From positions 1-40,978 of the forward strand of contig CAZHUN010000080.1 of assembly GCA_964535725.1 (NCBI GenBank): DNA of 40,978 bases, written 5' to 3'. This document shows, piece after piece, positions 8,062-17,150 of this stretch. The notes under the pieces were generated by a model, which ran no database searches, was not told the origin of the DNA, and saw nothing but the letters and a program-made list of their open reading frames with translations. Position 1 is the stretch's first letter. The number at the start of each line of letters is the position of its first letter. The position numbers and the translations under genes are program-made. The DNA comes from an uncultured archaeon. GTDB lineage: Archaea; Iainarchaeota; Iainarchaeia; Iainarchaeales; UBA10191.

Positions 8062-8802
8062 TTATTCGAACAAGGTTTTTTGCTTCTTTTCCACGCCCTT
8101 GATCTTGGCAGAAGGGTTCGAAATTTCGAAATCCAAGCGCGCGAATTCCAAACCATACTGTTCCAAGAGCTTGCGCGCGTTGTTCCCAATCGAAGGCGCG
8201 AGCAAAATGCCGCGCGTCTTTCTCCCTTTCAAATTTTCAATCTGGCGCATGTAGCGCTCCAATTGCTGCACCGCATGATAGTCTGCTTGTCTTCGCTTGA
8301 CTTCGACCACGACCAAATTTCCCCGCGCGTCTTCGGCAACGATGTCCGCAAACCCTCTTCTCATCCACTCTTCGCGATTTTGCGCTTTCAAACCGGGTTC
8401 GATAAACGACAAATCATTCATCAACGTGTCTGACAATTCTTTTTCGGAACCGAACAAGCGCAAGTCTTCCTTTTCTTCGAGTGGAAACGATTGCACGAAA
8501 TCAACGGAATCAAAAAACACTTTCATGCTCTCTTTCGGTTTGGGTTTGAGGGCTTGCACGAGCAAGTGCCTGTCCATCGCACAAGAGATGGTGCCGCCAA
8601 TCATGTAATTCACCGCATTCAATTTCCTGTTTTGGTGAATTCCAAAAGAGCCATCCCCTTTGACGAGGAGCATTCTTTTTCCTTTCGCCAATTTCGAAGC
8701 CGCCCGACCCCAATATTCCACAGAACAGTCTCCAATGCACACGAGGAGCTCTTTGCGCGAGACCGCGGTTTCGATGGCTTGTTTGGCTTCCAAGAGGTCC
8801 AT
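8062..8802 (-). CDS. nucS: Endonuclease NucS / EndoMS (mismatch-specific RecB-fold nuclease)
   Basis: MDLLEAKQAIE...CSVEYWGRAASKLAKGKRMLLVKGDGSFGIHQ...FADIVAEDARGNLVVVEVKRRQADYHAVQQLERY...GILLAPSI, with a C-terminal PIP-like KQKTLFE. The track ORF up to 9015 is an extension overlapping the divergent gene. Confidence 0.9.
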   Translation of the reverse strand: MDLLEAKQAIETAVSRKELLVCIGDCSVEYWGRAASKLAKGKRMLLVKGDGSFGIHQNRKLNAVNYMIGGTISCAMDRHLLVQALKPKPKESMKVFFDSVDFVQSFPLEEKEDLRLFGSEKELSDTLMNDLSFIEPGLKAQNREEWMRRGFADIVAEDARGNLVVVEVKRRQADYHAVQQLERYMRQIENLKGRKTRGILLAPSIGNNARKLLEQYGLEFARLDFEISNPSAKIKGVEKKQKTLFE

Positions 8803-8823
8803 GCAAGTGCTAGGATGGAAAAA

Positions 8824-8832
8824 GAATAAAAG
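8824..8832. promoter_or_regulatory. Single central A/T box (GAATAAAAG) shared by divergent nucS and the GNAT-like gene
   Basis: The spacer between the ATG at 8802 (-) and the ATG at 8855 (+) is 52 nt, and the box is centred in it (about 8828). Confidence 0.45.
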
Positions 8833-8854
8833 AACCGAAGTCATGGTTTGATAC

Positions 8855-9460
8855 ATGGAAGAAATTCGGAAAAAGCTCGAGACATCGCACTTTCGAATCG
8901 TGTCGACAAAAGTGAAAAAAGACGGACAATTGGTTTCCCGCGTTTCAGTCGTCGACCGGGAAAAGACTGTGCACCTTTTTTTCGAAGCCTTTGATGACCT
9001 TGCCCGTGAAATCAAGCTGCCGATTCCGTTCGAAAACAGGCTCTGGATTCGGGACCAGGTTCGAAATGGCGAAATACCGAGTCAAATCATTTACTACAAA
9101 AAAGAACCAATCGGTTTCATCGAAATCGAAGAACCGGCGGGAGAAAACCGAGCTGTTGTTTCCATGGTCGGCATCACCAAGCGATTTCGCGGAAACGGCC
9201 TATTGTGGAAGGAAATCCGCCCAGTTTTATTGAGACTGGCCGACAAGCGCGGAAAAGAACTCCACCTCGAAATGATGTCTCCCAAAACCAGGCGGATTTT
9301 CGAATTGATTCGTGACCAGTTCTCCCAAGCCAAGGGGAAGCCGGGCGCCAAAACAAATGTGTATGCGGGAAGAAAGATGGACATCAGTTTTTCCTTCAGT
9401 AATTACGACACTTTCGGAGTCCGCATCAACAGGACGGGAATTTTTCGAAAGCGCTTATAG
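8855..9460 (+). CDS. GNAT-like acetyltransferase (putative)
   Basis: VGITKRFRGNGLLWKEIRPVLLRLADKRG contains the R-x-x-G-x-G acetyl-CoA motif A. Confidence 0.5.
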   Translation: MEEIRKKLETSHFRIVSTKVKKDGQLVSRVSVVDREKTVHLFFEAFDDLAREIKLPIPFENRLWIRDQVRNGEIPSQIIYYKKEPIGFIEIEEPAGENRAVVSMVGITKRFRGNGLLWKEIRPVLLRLADKRGKELHLEMMSPKTRRIFELIRDQFSQAKGKPGAKTNVYAGRKMDISFSFSNYDTFGVRINRTGIFRKRL

Positions 9461-10501
9461 GCAGACGATTTCGTCCGAACATCGCGTCAACAACTTCGGG
9501 CTTTTTCCCACCAAAATATCGTCTTCCAAGCGCAAGCCGTACTTTCCTTTCTCGTACAACGCGGGCTCCAACGCGAGGCACATGTTTTTTTCCAACTTCC
9601 ACTTTGACTTTTCCCCGATTCCTTCGGGAAAATCATGCTCTTCCAAACCAATGCCGTGGCCGATCGCGTGTGGCAAAGGGAGAGACAGCAAGCGTTGGGC
9701 GGAAACAAACACTTCGGAAGCGGAATTTCCTACACGCGCGTTCGCAATCGAAGCGTGCAACGAATCGAACACTTCCGCATACAATTCCTTGTCTTTTGCT
9801 TTTGGCCTTCCGATGTAGAACATGCGCGTCACGTCCGAACAATATCCTTTCCACGAAACTCCCAAGTCCACCAACAGCCAACCGCTGGAGAGCCGGGTTT
9901 GGTTCGAAAGGTGGTGGGGAGAAGACGCGTTTTTTTGAGAAGCGACCATGACGGGAGTCGCAAGTTCGCAGTCGAACGAACGAATTTGGTCGGAAATCAA
10001 AAACTGCAACGCGCGCTCGGACATTCCCTTTTCGAACAAGAAGGGGATTTGCGAAACGACTTTTTCCGTCACCCGGCACGCTTTTTTCAGTTTTTCGACT
10101 TCTTCGGACTTTTTGATTGCACGGAATTCCGCTAGAACGGGAGAAACGTCTGAGATTTTTTTCGGGTGCGCCATTTGTTTCAACCCTTGCACTGCTGCGA
10201 AAGGATAGGAAGCAAGATTAAGTCCAACTTTTTTTCCCTTCAATTGTTTTTGCAAAATTCCCTGCAATTCGGATAGTTTTTCAAAAGTTTGCACGCGAAC
10301 GCGTGGAAGGGCTTTGCGGACGACTTCATACTCCAAGTTGGATACAATAAAAGTAAGGCCTTTTTTGTCCAAAATCAAAAAGCCTTCGGCAAAGTTTCGC
10401 AAGTTTTTTTCCAACAGATAGTCCAAATTGGGATCGGGAGAGTCGGAAAAGTTGCGAATCAAAATGGCGTCGACTTTGGCTTCTTTCAGCAAGGAAAGCA
10501 T
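9455..10501 (-). CDS. M24-family Xaa-Pro peptidase
   Basis: LVDLGVSWKGYCSDVTR, HAIGHGIGLEEHDFP, LEPALY and LRLEDDILV fit the pita-bread metal-ligand blocks. Confidence 0.9.
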   Translation of the reverse strand: MLSLLKEAKVDAILIRNFSDSPDPNLDYLLEKNLRNFAEGFLILDKKGLTFIVSNLEYEVVRKALPRVRVQTFEKLSELQGILQKQLKGKKVGLNLASYPFAAVQGLKQMAHPKKISDVSPVLAEFRAIKKSEEVEKLKKACRVTEKVVSQIPFLFEKGMSERALQFLISDQIRSFDCELATPVMVASQKNASSPHHLSNQTRLSSGWLLVDLGVSWKGYCSDVTRMFYIGRPKAKDKELYAEVFDSLHASIANARVGNSASEVFVSAQRLLSLPLPHAIGHGIGLEEHDFPEGIGEKSKWKLEKNMCLALEPALYEKGKYGLRLEDDILVGKSPKLLTRCSDEIVCL

Positions 10502-10506
10502 AAGTG

Positions 10507-11916
10507 TCAGCGTAGGAACGCTTTGTAGGCCAAAAACGCGCAGTACAAGTCGGCCTTGGAAATCAATTCATAGGGCGAGTGCATGGCCAATACCGGAGGT
10601 CCAATGTCGATGACGTCCAATCCATAGCGCGCAACATACACGGCAATCGTTCCCCCGCCACCATCGTCGACTTTTGCTATTTCTCCAGTTTGCCAGGGAA
10701 TTTTTTCCTTGTTCAACATTTGGCGGATTTCGGAAACAAATTCGGCAGAAGCGTCTGTCGTGGAATATTTTCCGCCCCCGCCGCCGTATTTTTCCACCGC
10801 CACTCCGAGTCCCAAATAGTTGGCATTGGTCATGTCGAAAAATTCTTTGAATTTGGGATCCACGGCATCCGTAACGTCCGCGCTCAGCATTTTACTCTTG
10901 GCAAGCGCTTGCAAGGCGGTTCCTTTTTCTTTCAACGCATCCAAAACGTCTTGGACTATTTTTTCAAGAAAGAAAGATCCGGCGCCCGTGTTTCCAAAAC
11001 TGCCGATTTCTTCCTTGTCATAGAATACAGCGACTGCCGTGTGTTTGGGTTTTTCGGTTTCCAAAATGGTTTGCAACAACGCGTACGAGCACGAGCGGTC
11101 GTCTTGCGCGTAGGCAGCGACCATGCTATTGTCCAATCCCACATCGCGGGGATTGTGAGCCGGAACCAAAGTTAGGTCTGCAGAGACGAAATCTTCTTCT
11201 TTCAAGCCGAACTTGTCGTGCAACAGTTTTTGCAATTGCAATTTCACGCGCTCGCTTGCCTCTTTTTCGTGAAAGGGGGTATTGGAAGCGATCGCATCCA
11301 ATGATTCGCCGGGAATCACATCTTCCATCTTTTTTTCAAGCAATGCTTTTCCGATGTGGGGCAGCAAGTCTGTGATCAAAAAAGTGGGTTCGCTTTCATT
11401 CTCTCCCCAACAAATGTCGTGCCTTTTTCCTTCTGAATCGAAAAAGTGCCCGTGCAAGGCCAAGGGAACATTCACCCAATGGTATTTTTTGATGCCGCCA
11501 TAATAGTGCAGGTTTAACATTCCAAAACCAGAATCGGAAAAGACCGGAGACGGTTTCAAATCCAATCGTAACGCGTCGATGTGGCTTCCGATTAGTTTCA
11601 TTCCATCCGAAACCGGTTTTTGGCCCAAAACAAACAAGAATAGGGAACGGCCTCGGTTGTCTATCCAAAATTTCGAACCGGGTTTGAAAGATGCTTCGTG
11701 GAACGGCTTGAAGCCTTTTTTTCTCGCCTCTCTCTTGATCCCTTCCACAAACTCGTATTCTGTCTTATGCTCTGCTAAAAACTTTTTGTACGGTTCTGCA
11801 AAGCGCATGGCATCTTTTTTGGTCTTTTCGTCGAAACGCAGCCAAGCGCTCTCGCGCTCCCATTCAAGCTTTTTTTTCAATGCTTCGGCTTCTTTCGCCT
11901 TTTTTTCCTCAGCCAT
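10507..11916 (-). CDS. M18-family aminopeptidase
   Basis: 469 aa. Blocks include LIGSHIDALRLDLKP, AYAQDDRSCSYALL, FYDKEEIGS and VLAMHSPYE. It lies in tandem, 5 nt apart, with the M24 peptidase. Confidence 0.9.
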   Translation of the reverse strand: MAEEKKAKEAEALKKKLEWERESAWLRFDEKTKKDAMRFAEPYKKFLAEHKTEYEFVEGIKREARKKGFKPFHEASFKPGSKFWIDNRGRSLFLFVLGQKPVSDGMKLIGSHIDALRLDLKPSPVFSDSGFGMLNLHYYGGIKKYHWVNVPLALHGHFFDSEGKRHDICWGENESEPTFLITDLLPHIGKALLEKKMEDVIPGESLDAIASNTPFHEKEASERVKLQLQKLLHDKFGLKEEDFVSADLTLVPAHNPRDVGLDNSMVAAYAQDDRSCSYALLQTILETEKPKHTAVAVFYDKEEIGSFGNTGAGSFFLEKIVQDVLDALKEKGTALQALAKSKMLSADVTDAVDPKFKEFFDMTNANYLGLGVAVEKYGGGGGKYSTTDASAEFVSEIRQMLNKEKIPWQTGEIAKVDDGGGGTIAVYVARYGLDVIDIGPPVLAMHSPYELISKADLYCAFLAYKAFLR

Positions 11917-12003
11917 AGCGTATACAAACGCTTGGCGCTTTTAAAGGGTTTTCGGTTTGGATGGGGGAAAAACCATAAAAGCGGGTCGCTGTTCACTCTA
12001 TGA

Positions 12004-13095
12004 ATGGAAGAACCTCCCGTATTGAAACGATTCGACGAATTTATTGCCGACATTTCTCCTAAAGACAAAATCGCCGTCTTTCACGATTCGGACACGGACG
12101 GCATTTCTTCCGGAGTCATTGTATGGCGAGCACTCCAACGCATTTCCCCCAAAACCAAACTCATGGAAATCGTGCAAGAACACGTGCAAGGAGAAACGAC
12201 TCCCGAAACTTTGGAAAAAATCCGAAAGTCGGGAGCGAACAAAGTGGTCATGTCAGATCTGTCCCACGACCATCGTCCAAAAAACCTGCAAAAATTGGGA
12301 AAAAAGTGCGAAGTATTGTTCATCGACCACCACCCCATCTATCACAATCTGGAATCGAAAACATTCGTTTACATCAAACCGCCCTTGTTTTCCAAAAACG
12401 AAGGCGCCAAGTATCCCGCGGCGAAAATGTGCTACGACTTGTTTTCGCGCGCCGTGGATTTGAAAGATTCGAAATGGGTTGCGGCGGTCGGCATCATCGG
12501 AGACTTTTCTTCCGAAAAATGGAAAGATTTCATCGACGAAGCATCGGAAGAAAGCGGTTCCACTTGGAGAGACTTGGATTTTTTGGGGAGATTACTCAAA
12601 TCGTGCGAGAGCGTTTCGTTCAAAGTCGTTCCCCAAGTGTTCAAGTGTATGGTCGGCGCGGAAAGCCCGAAAGCGGTCTTGGATTCGAAGTTCAAAAAGT
12701 ACATGGAAATCTTGGACAAGGAATTGAAAAAAGCAGTTTCCGAGTTCGACCAAAAAGCCGAACATTTTTCCCAAAGCGAAGTACATTTCTATCTAGTCAA
12801 GGGAAAGGCCAATATCAAATCTGTCGTGGCCAGCATCGTCTCTTCTTCCCGCCCCGGGCAAACGATTTTCGTCTTTCAAAAAATCGGCGGATTGCTCGCG
12901 TTCAGTGTGCGAAGACAAGATGGTAAAGTGGAAGTGAACAAGCTCGTCGAAAAAATCCTTCCCAAATTTCCCAAAGGCAAAGGTGGTGGACACAAGTACG
13001 CTTCCGCGGGCGTCATTCGCGAACAGGATTTTGAAAAGTTCAAGAATGAAGTAGTCGAATTATTGCAAAATTGGAAGAGGGGAAAACGGAAATGA
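12004..13095 (+). CDS. DHH-DHHA1 family phosphoesterase (NrnA / RecJ-like)
   Basis: AVFHDSDTDGISSG (DHH motifs I-II), LFIDHHP (DHH) and KGKGGGHKYASAG (DHHA1 GGGH). An A/T box (cataaaag, 11974-11981) lies about 26 nt upstream. Confidence 0.85.
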   Translation: MEEPPVLKRFDEFIADISPKDKIAVFHDSDTDGISSGVIVWRALQRISPKTKLMEIVQEHVQGETTPETLEKIRKSGANKVVMSDLSHDHRPKNLQKLGKKCEVLFIDHHPIYHNLESKTFVYIKPPLFSKNEGAKYPAAKMCYDLFSRAVDLKDSKWVAAVGIIGDFSSEKWKDFIDEASEESGSTWRDLDFLGRLLKSCESVSFKVVPQVFKCMVGAESPKAVLDSKFKKYMEILDKELKKAVSEFDQKAEHFSQSEVHFYLVKGKANIKSVVASIVSSSRPGQTIFVFQKIGGLLAFSVRRQDGKVEVNKLVEKILPKFPKGKGGGHKYASAGVIREQDFEKFKNEVVELLQNWKRGKRK

Positions 13096-13451
13096 TTGGG
13101 AGAGAACGACTCAAAATCAAATTGGGCAAAAAAGTGATTAATCCACAGAACTTGATCAACGATATCGAGAGTGAAAAAACTTTTGCAAAGCTGGTTTCGA
13201 AGGGAAAAAACGTTTACAAATTGACAGGAGACGACCAGATCCATGTTTCCACTATTTTCGAATCGAAAATCGAAGAACTCTTGCCCGAAACCATCCGAAA
13301 AGCGAAATCGTTAGTAGAATTAGAAGTCATTCAACGACAATACGCTCTCTATCAATCCAAATTGTCGAAATATTCCCAAGAGCAAGTGAAACTTGGGTTT
13401 GCCTTGCGCACTCTAGACATTCAAAAAATCATACCTCGAAAGTGGAAATAA
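13092..13451 (+). CDS. Hypothetical protein
   Basis: Its ATG overlaps the upstream stop (ATGA at 13092-13095). 119 aa, no motif recognised. Confidence 0.45.
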   Translation: MIGRERLKIKLGKKVINPQNLINDIESEKTFAKLVSKGKNVYKLTGDDQIHVSTIFESKIEELLPETIRKAKSLVELEVIQRQYALYQSKLSKYSQEQVKLGFALRTLDIQKIIPRKWK

Positions 13452-13498
13452 TCGAAAAAAATAGAAAAAAGAGGGCCTTTCGACCCTCCGGAATTTTG

Positions 13499-13523
13499 AT
13501 GAAACTTTTCTAAAAAGTTTCAT
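13499..13523. terminator. Perfect 11-bp-arm palindrome between convergent genes
   Basis: ATGAAACTTTT-cta-AAAAGTTTCAT overlaps the ftsZ stop codon (13520-13522). A second hairpin, GAGGG-n8-CCCTC, lies at 13471-13488. Confidence 0.5.
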
Positions 13524-14608
13524 TTGATGTAGTCGATGCCGAAGTCTTTGTCTCTTGTCGCGTATCCGTACTTGGGAGCTGCTTTCGCGGAAGAGCTCTT
13601 GATGAACGGAGAGTGCACGCCTGTGAAGATGGCAATGACTTCAATCTTGTTTTCGAAAGTTGGATCGACGCGCGCACCCCAAATGACTTGAGAGCGAGGA
13701 TCGATGTTTTCGGTGAGCATTTCACCGACCGCATTCGCTTCGCCCAATGTCAGTTCAGGACCGCCTGTAATGTGGATCAAGCAACCAGTGGCTCCGGAGA
13801 CATCCACATCCAACAACGCGTTTTTGAGGGTATCCTCAACCACTTCGTCGACTTTGTTGACAGACTTGCTTTCTCCAACTGCAATCATCGACAGGCCGTG
13901 GTCGGCCATGATGCTGCGTACGTCAGCGAAATCCAAGTTGATCAACGAAGGTTGGGTGATGGTTTCCGTAATGCCTCTAACCGTTCTTGCAATGACTTCG
14001 TCCGCCACTTTAAACGCGTCGGAAATCGGTAAATTCGGCACTAATTCGACCAAGCGATTGTTGTCAATGACAATGACTGTGTCAGTGGTATTCAACAATC
14101 GTTCGAGTCCTTCTTCTGCCTTGATCAAACGCGCTTTTTCCAAAGCAAACGGATAGGTTACAATCGCAATGACGATTGCGCCCTGGTCTTTGGCGATTTG
14201 CGCGACGACTGGAGCAGCTCCGGTTCCAGTGCCTCCTCCCATTCCAGCGCTCACAAACAACATGTCCACTCCGGACAACGCTTCTTCGAGCGCTTGTTTG
14301 GACACTTCGGCAGCTTTGGCTCCGATTTCGGGGTATCCCCCCGCTCCCAAACCTCGTGTGACCGATTTTCCGATCAAAATCTTCGTGATTTCATCATTGA
14401 TCAATGCCAAATGCTGTTTGTCGGTGTTGATGGCGATCAATTGCGCTCCGCTGATTCCCATATTGGCCAATCGATTGACAGTGTTACAACCTGCTCCACC
14501 GCATCCAATGACCATTATTTTTGGCGCACCGAATTCTTCAATACGCTCGTCAGCCTGGGCAGTCGACGTTTTTGACTTATTTACTGCACTTTCTAAAATA
14601 GATTTCAA
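13520..14608 (-). CDS. ftsZ: Cell division GTPase FtsZ
   Basis: IMVIGCGGAGCNTVNRL and the tubulin signature GMGGGTGTGAAPVVAQIAK. An A/T box (revcomp tagtataaaaattt) lies about 25-32 nt upstream. Confidence 0.95.
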   Translation of the reverse strand: MKSILESAVNKSKTSTAQADERIEEFGAPKIMVIGCGGAGCNTVNRLANMGISGAQLIAINTDKQHLALINDEITKILIGKSVTRGLGAGGYPEIGAKAAEVSKQALEEALSGVDMLFVSAGMGGGTGTGAAPVVAQIAKDQGAIVIAIVTYPFALEKARLIKAEEGLERLLNTTDTVIVIDNNRLVELVPNLPISDAFKVADEVIARTVRGITETITQPSLINLDFADVRSIMADHGLSMIAVGESKSVNKVDEVVEDTLKNALLDVDVSGATGCLIHITGGPELTLGEANAVGEMLTENIDPRSQVIWGARVDPTFENKIEVIAIFTGVHSPFIKSSSAKAAPKYGYATRDKDFGIDYIK

Positions 14609-14844
14609 ATTCTCACCCCAAAAAAGAAAATTTTTATACTATCCTATACAGTTGACTAGCTATATATAGTTTTGCCTGAAAATTTTTGCAAAAATTCGGA
14701 AAGCAAAGTTTTTGAAAATAAAAAATGCAAAAAGCAAAGTTCGGTTGCCCCAAAAAGCCCTCTTATGTAGTATGAAAAAAAGTAGGTTGGGAAAAAAATT
14801 AGGTGCATTTTAAAATCTACAATGCCTTTATTAGAGCGATTCGC

Positions 14845-16350
14845 ATGCCTGAAAATTCTTCCACTCTCGAACGGTTTCGCAAACAAGCGTTGGAAGGGGA
14901 TAAGAGAGAAGAGCAGCGTCTCGTGCAAAAAAGTTTGAAATATTCGATTGCCGATGGCATGTTGTGGGCGGGAATGGACGGTTTTGGAAACAAGTTTGTC
15001 ACTGCACTGGCGGTAGGGTTAAAAGCGAGCAATTGGGAAATTTCCTTGCTTTCATCCCTGCCTTCCCTGGCCAGCGCATGGGCCCAGCTCTTGTCGGGAA
15101 AGTTGTTGGATCGTTTCAAGTCGCGCAAGAAAATCATTGCGTGGTTTGTGCTCTTTCAAGCCTTCACTTGGTTGCCGCTTGGACTCATTCCTTTGGTATG
15201 GCCCAACACCGCAATGGTGGCCATTATTTTGTTTTACACGCTTTGCACTGTTTTTGGCGCAGTCATCGGACCGATTTGGCAAAGCTGGATGGGAGATTTG
15301 GTTCCTGAAAACGTCCGCGGAGACTATCACGGAAAGCGCAACCAGTTTGTGGTTGCTGCCGGCTTTGCCGCCACATTGGCGGCCGGGTTTCTCCTCAACT
15401 GGTTTCCGGCCGAACAAAAATTCTATGGTTTTGCGTTGCTCTTCTTCATTGCCTTCCTGGCGAGAATGGTGTCGCGAGAATTTGTCAATCGCCAGTTCGA
15501 GCCGCGTTTTGAACCCCAACCCAGCGCGTATTTTTCCTTGTTTGACTTCGTGCGAAGGGTTCCAAAAAGCAACTTTGGCCAATTCAGCTTGTTCATTGCC
15601 TTGCTCAACCTTTCCGTCAACTTGGCGGGACCGTTTTTCATCGTATACTGGCTCACCGAACTCCATTTTTCCTACGCACAATTGACGATTGCACTCTTGC
15701 TGGAAATTATCGGAAGCTTTGTCATGTTTCGATATTGGGGAAAATTGGCCGACAGATTTGGAAACACGCGCATTATGCTCGTTACAGGCGCTTTGGTGCC
15801 CTTGATTCCGTTCTTCTACTTGCTCACTCCCTTCCTCTCTTCCACTTCCCTTATCGTATACTGGGTGTGCTTTTTTAGCGGAGTCATGTGGGCAGGCTTC
15901 AACTTGAGCGCGGGAAACTTCATGTACGATGCCGTCTCTCCTTCCAAACGCCACCACGCGTATGCCTATCACAATATTTTTGTCGGAACCGGCTTGTTTG
16001 TCGGCGCAATTGTTGGCGGCATACTGATTTCCACCATCCCTCCCGCGTGGTATGTCTTTTCCAACGCCTTCCTCACCCTATTCGTCATTTCCGGAATCGC
16101 GCGCTACATCGTATACTTTTCCTTCATCAAACGCATCAGAGAAGTGCGAACCGTAGAACACGTGAACGACGTCCAATTATTCCAAATCGTGGCTTCAACC
16201 AATCCCGTGCACGGCTTCGTCTTCAGCGCGTTTGACTTTGCCAAGAAAGGAGTGGTGGAAGTGGACGATGCCGTTTCCGGATTCTTCGAACACGTGGACG
16301 AAATCGTGCTCGAACCCGTGAAAAAGAAAGTCCGTCGGCCGAAAAAGTGA
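14845..16350 (+). CDS. MFS-type transporter
   Basis: About 12 hydrophobic helices across 501 aa, including the loop GKLLDRFKSRKK. I used the first in-frame ATG at 14845. The track start at 14803 is a GTG. Confidence 0.8.
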   Translation: MPENSSTLERFRKQALEGDKREEQRLVQKSLKYSIADGMLWAGMDGFGNKFVTALAVGLKASNWEISLLSSLPSLASAWAQLLSGKLLDRFKSRKKIIAWFVLFQAFTWLPLGLIPLVWPNTAMVAIILFYTLCTVFGAVIGPIWQSWMGDLVPENVRGDYHGKRNQFVVAAGFAATLAAGFLLNWFPAEQKFYGFALLFFIAFLARMVSREFVNRQFEPRFEPQPSAYFSLFDFVRRVPKSNFGQFSLFIALLNLSVNLAGPFFIVYWLTELHFSYAQLTIALLLEIIGSFVMFRYWGKLADRFGNTRIMLVTGALVPLIPFFYLLTPFLSSTSLIVYWVCFFSGVMWAGFNLSAGNFMYDAVSPSKRHHAYAYHNIFVGTGLFVGAIVGGILISTIPPAWYVFSNAFLTLFVISGIARYIVYFSFIKRIREVRTVEHVNDVQLFQIVASTNPVHGFVFSAFDFAKKGVVEVDDAVSGFFEHVDEIVLEPVKKKVRRPKK

Positions 16351-16384
16351 ACGGTTTTATAGCGGAACTGCTTTTCATTCTGAC

Positions 16385-17002
16385 ATGGTTTGGGGAATCT
16401 ACATTGTTCCGACCCTCGAACAGTTTCCGTTATACCGTTTCGACATCGTCCTGTCGCCGTACAAGAAAAAAGGAATTTTCGTGTCCACTCCCTCCATTCA
16501 AAAGGCCGCTCAAACCCTCATGACCTTTCCCGCACTCCACGAATCATTCCATTCGAACCGCCATATCGTCGCGGGAAACATCACCGCCTTGTACGAGAAA
16601 GACATTTTTCAAGGAAACCACATCACACTCTCTGTATTCCATCCATTCAACCGGCTACAATTATTCCGTGCCGGACAGGTTTCGGCAAACACCCTATTGG
16701 AAAAAACCGGCGCTGCGCACCTGATTGAAAGAGTAATCGCGAAAAAGATGGACACGCTGTTTCCGGAAATCCAGTTCCGCATCAACGAGGATGCCAGCAA
16801 GTCGCGAAAAATGATGTGGCGAAAGCGATTCTTGGACCCGAAAAAAGCGTACGCCGCGAAAGAGATTTCGAAAAGCGCGCGGAACTATGTAGTGGAAAAA
16901 AACCGTAAATTTTTGGAACGAAATCCGAAATGGTTGACTGCGCGCTCGAGACACGTGCGAAAAAAATTCGGGAAGTATTGGAACACGTCCCGGAGGGCGT
17001 GA
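16385..17002 (+). CDS. Hypothetical protein with a basic C-terminus
   Basis: 205-aa ORF. An A/T box (ttttatag, 16355-16362) lies 23-30 nt upstream of the ATG. No motif recognised. Confidence 0.5.
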   Translation: MVWGIYIVPTLEQFPLYRFDIVLSPYKKKGIFVSTPSIQKAAQTLMTFPALHESFHSNRHIVAGNITALYEKDIFQGNHITLSVFHPFNRLQLFRAGQVSANTLLEKTGAAHLIERVIAKKMDTLFPEIQFRINEDASKSRKMMWRKRFLDPKKAYAAKEISKSARNYVVEKNRKFLERNPKWLTARSRHVRKKFGKYWNTSRRA

Positions 17003-17150
17003 AAAGACTAAATCGCACTTAGTCGGATTCCGAATCTGGCCAGGAGTGAACCGGTTGTGAATCGCAACTCTGCACTTTTGCTTTCAAACCATACCTATTT
17101 ATACATTTGAAGACTAATTTTCCAGTCGCAATTTTTCGGAGAAGGGTTCG

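Noticed and set aside
14656-14928. 90-aa minus-strand ORF in the ftsZ/MFS intergenic region
   Set aside because: It overlaps the MFS start and promoter. It has a biased F/L-rich composition and no upstream A/T box at the proper distance.
15052-15972. Many very long ORFs antisense to confident genes. Examples are 15052..15972, 17247..18308, 17372..18382, 22957..23736, 25102..26160, 29591..30490, 30292..31320, 37603..38583, 38761..39375 and 40131..40973.
   Set aside because: Each lies opposite a CDS with unmistakable family motifs. Their translations are low-complexity and rich in R/F/H/V/G. They lack A/T boxes at the leaderless distance. Long shadow ORFs are expected when the sense strand avoids TTA/CTA/TCA codons, so I treat them as a compositional artefact.
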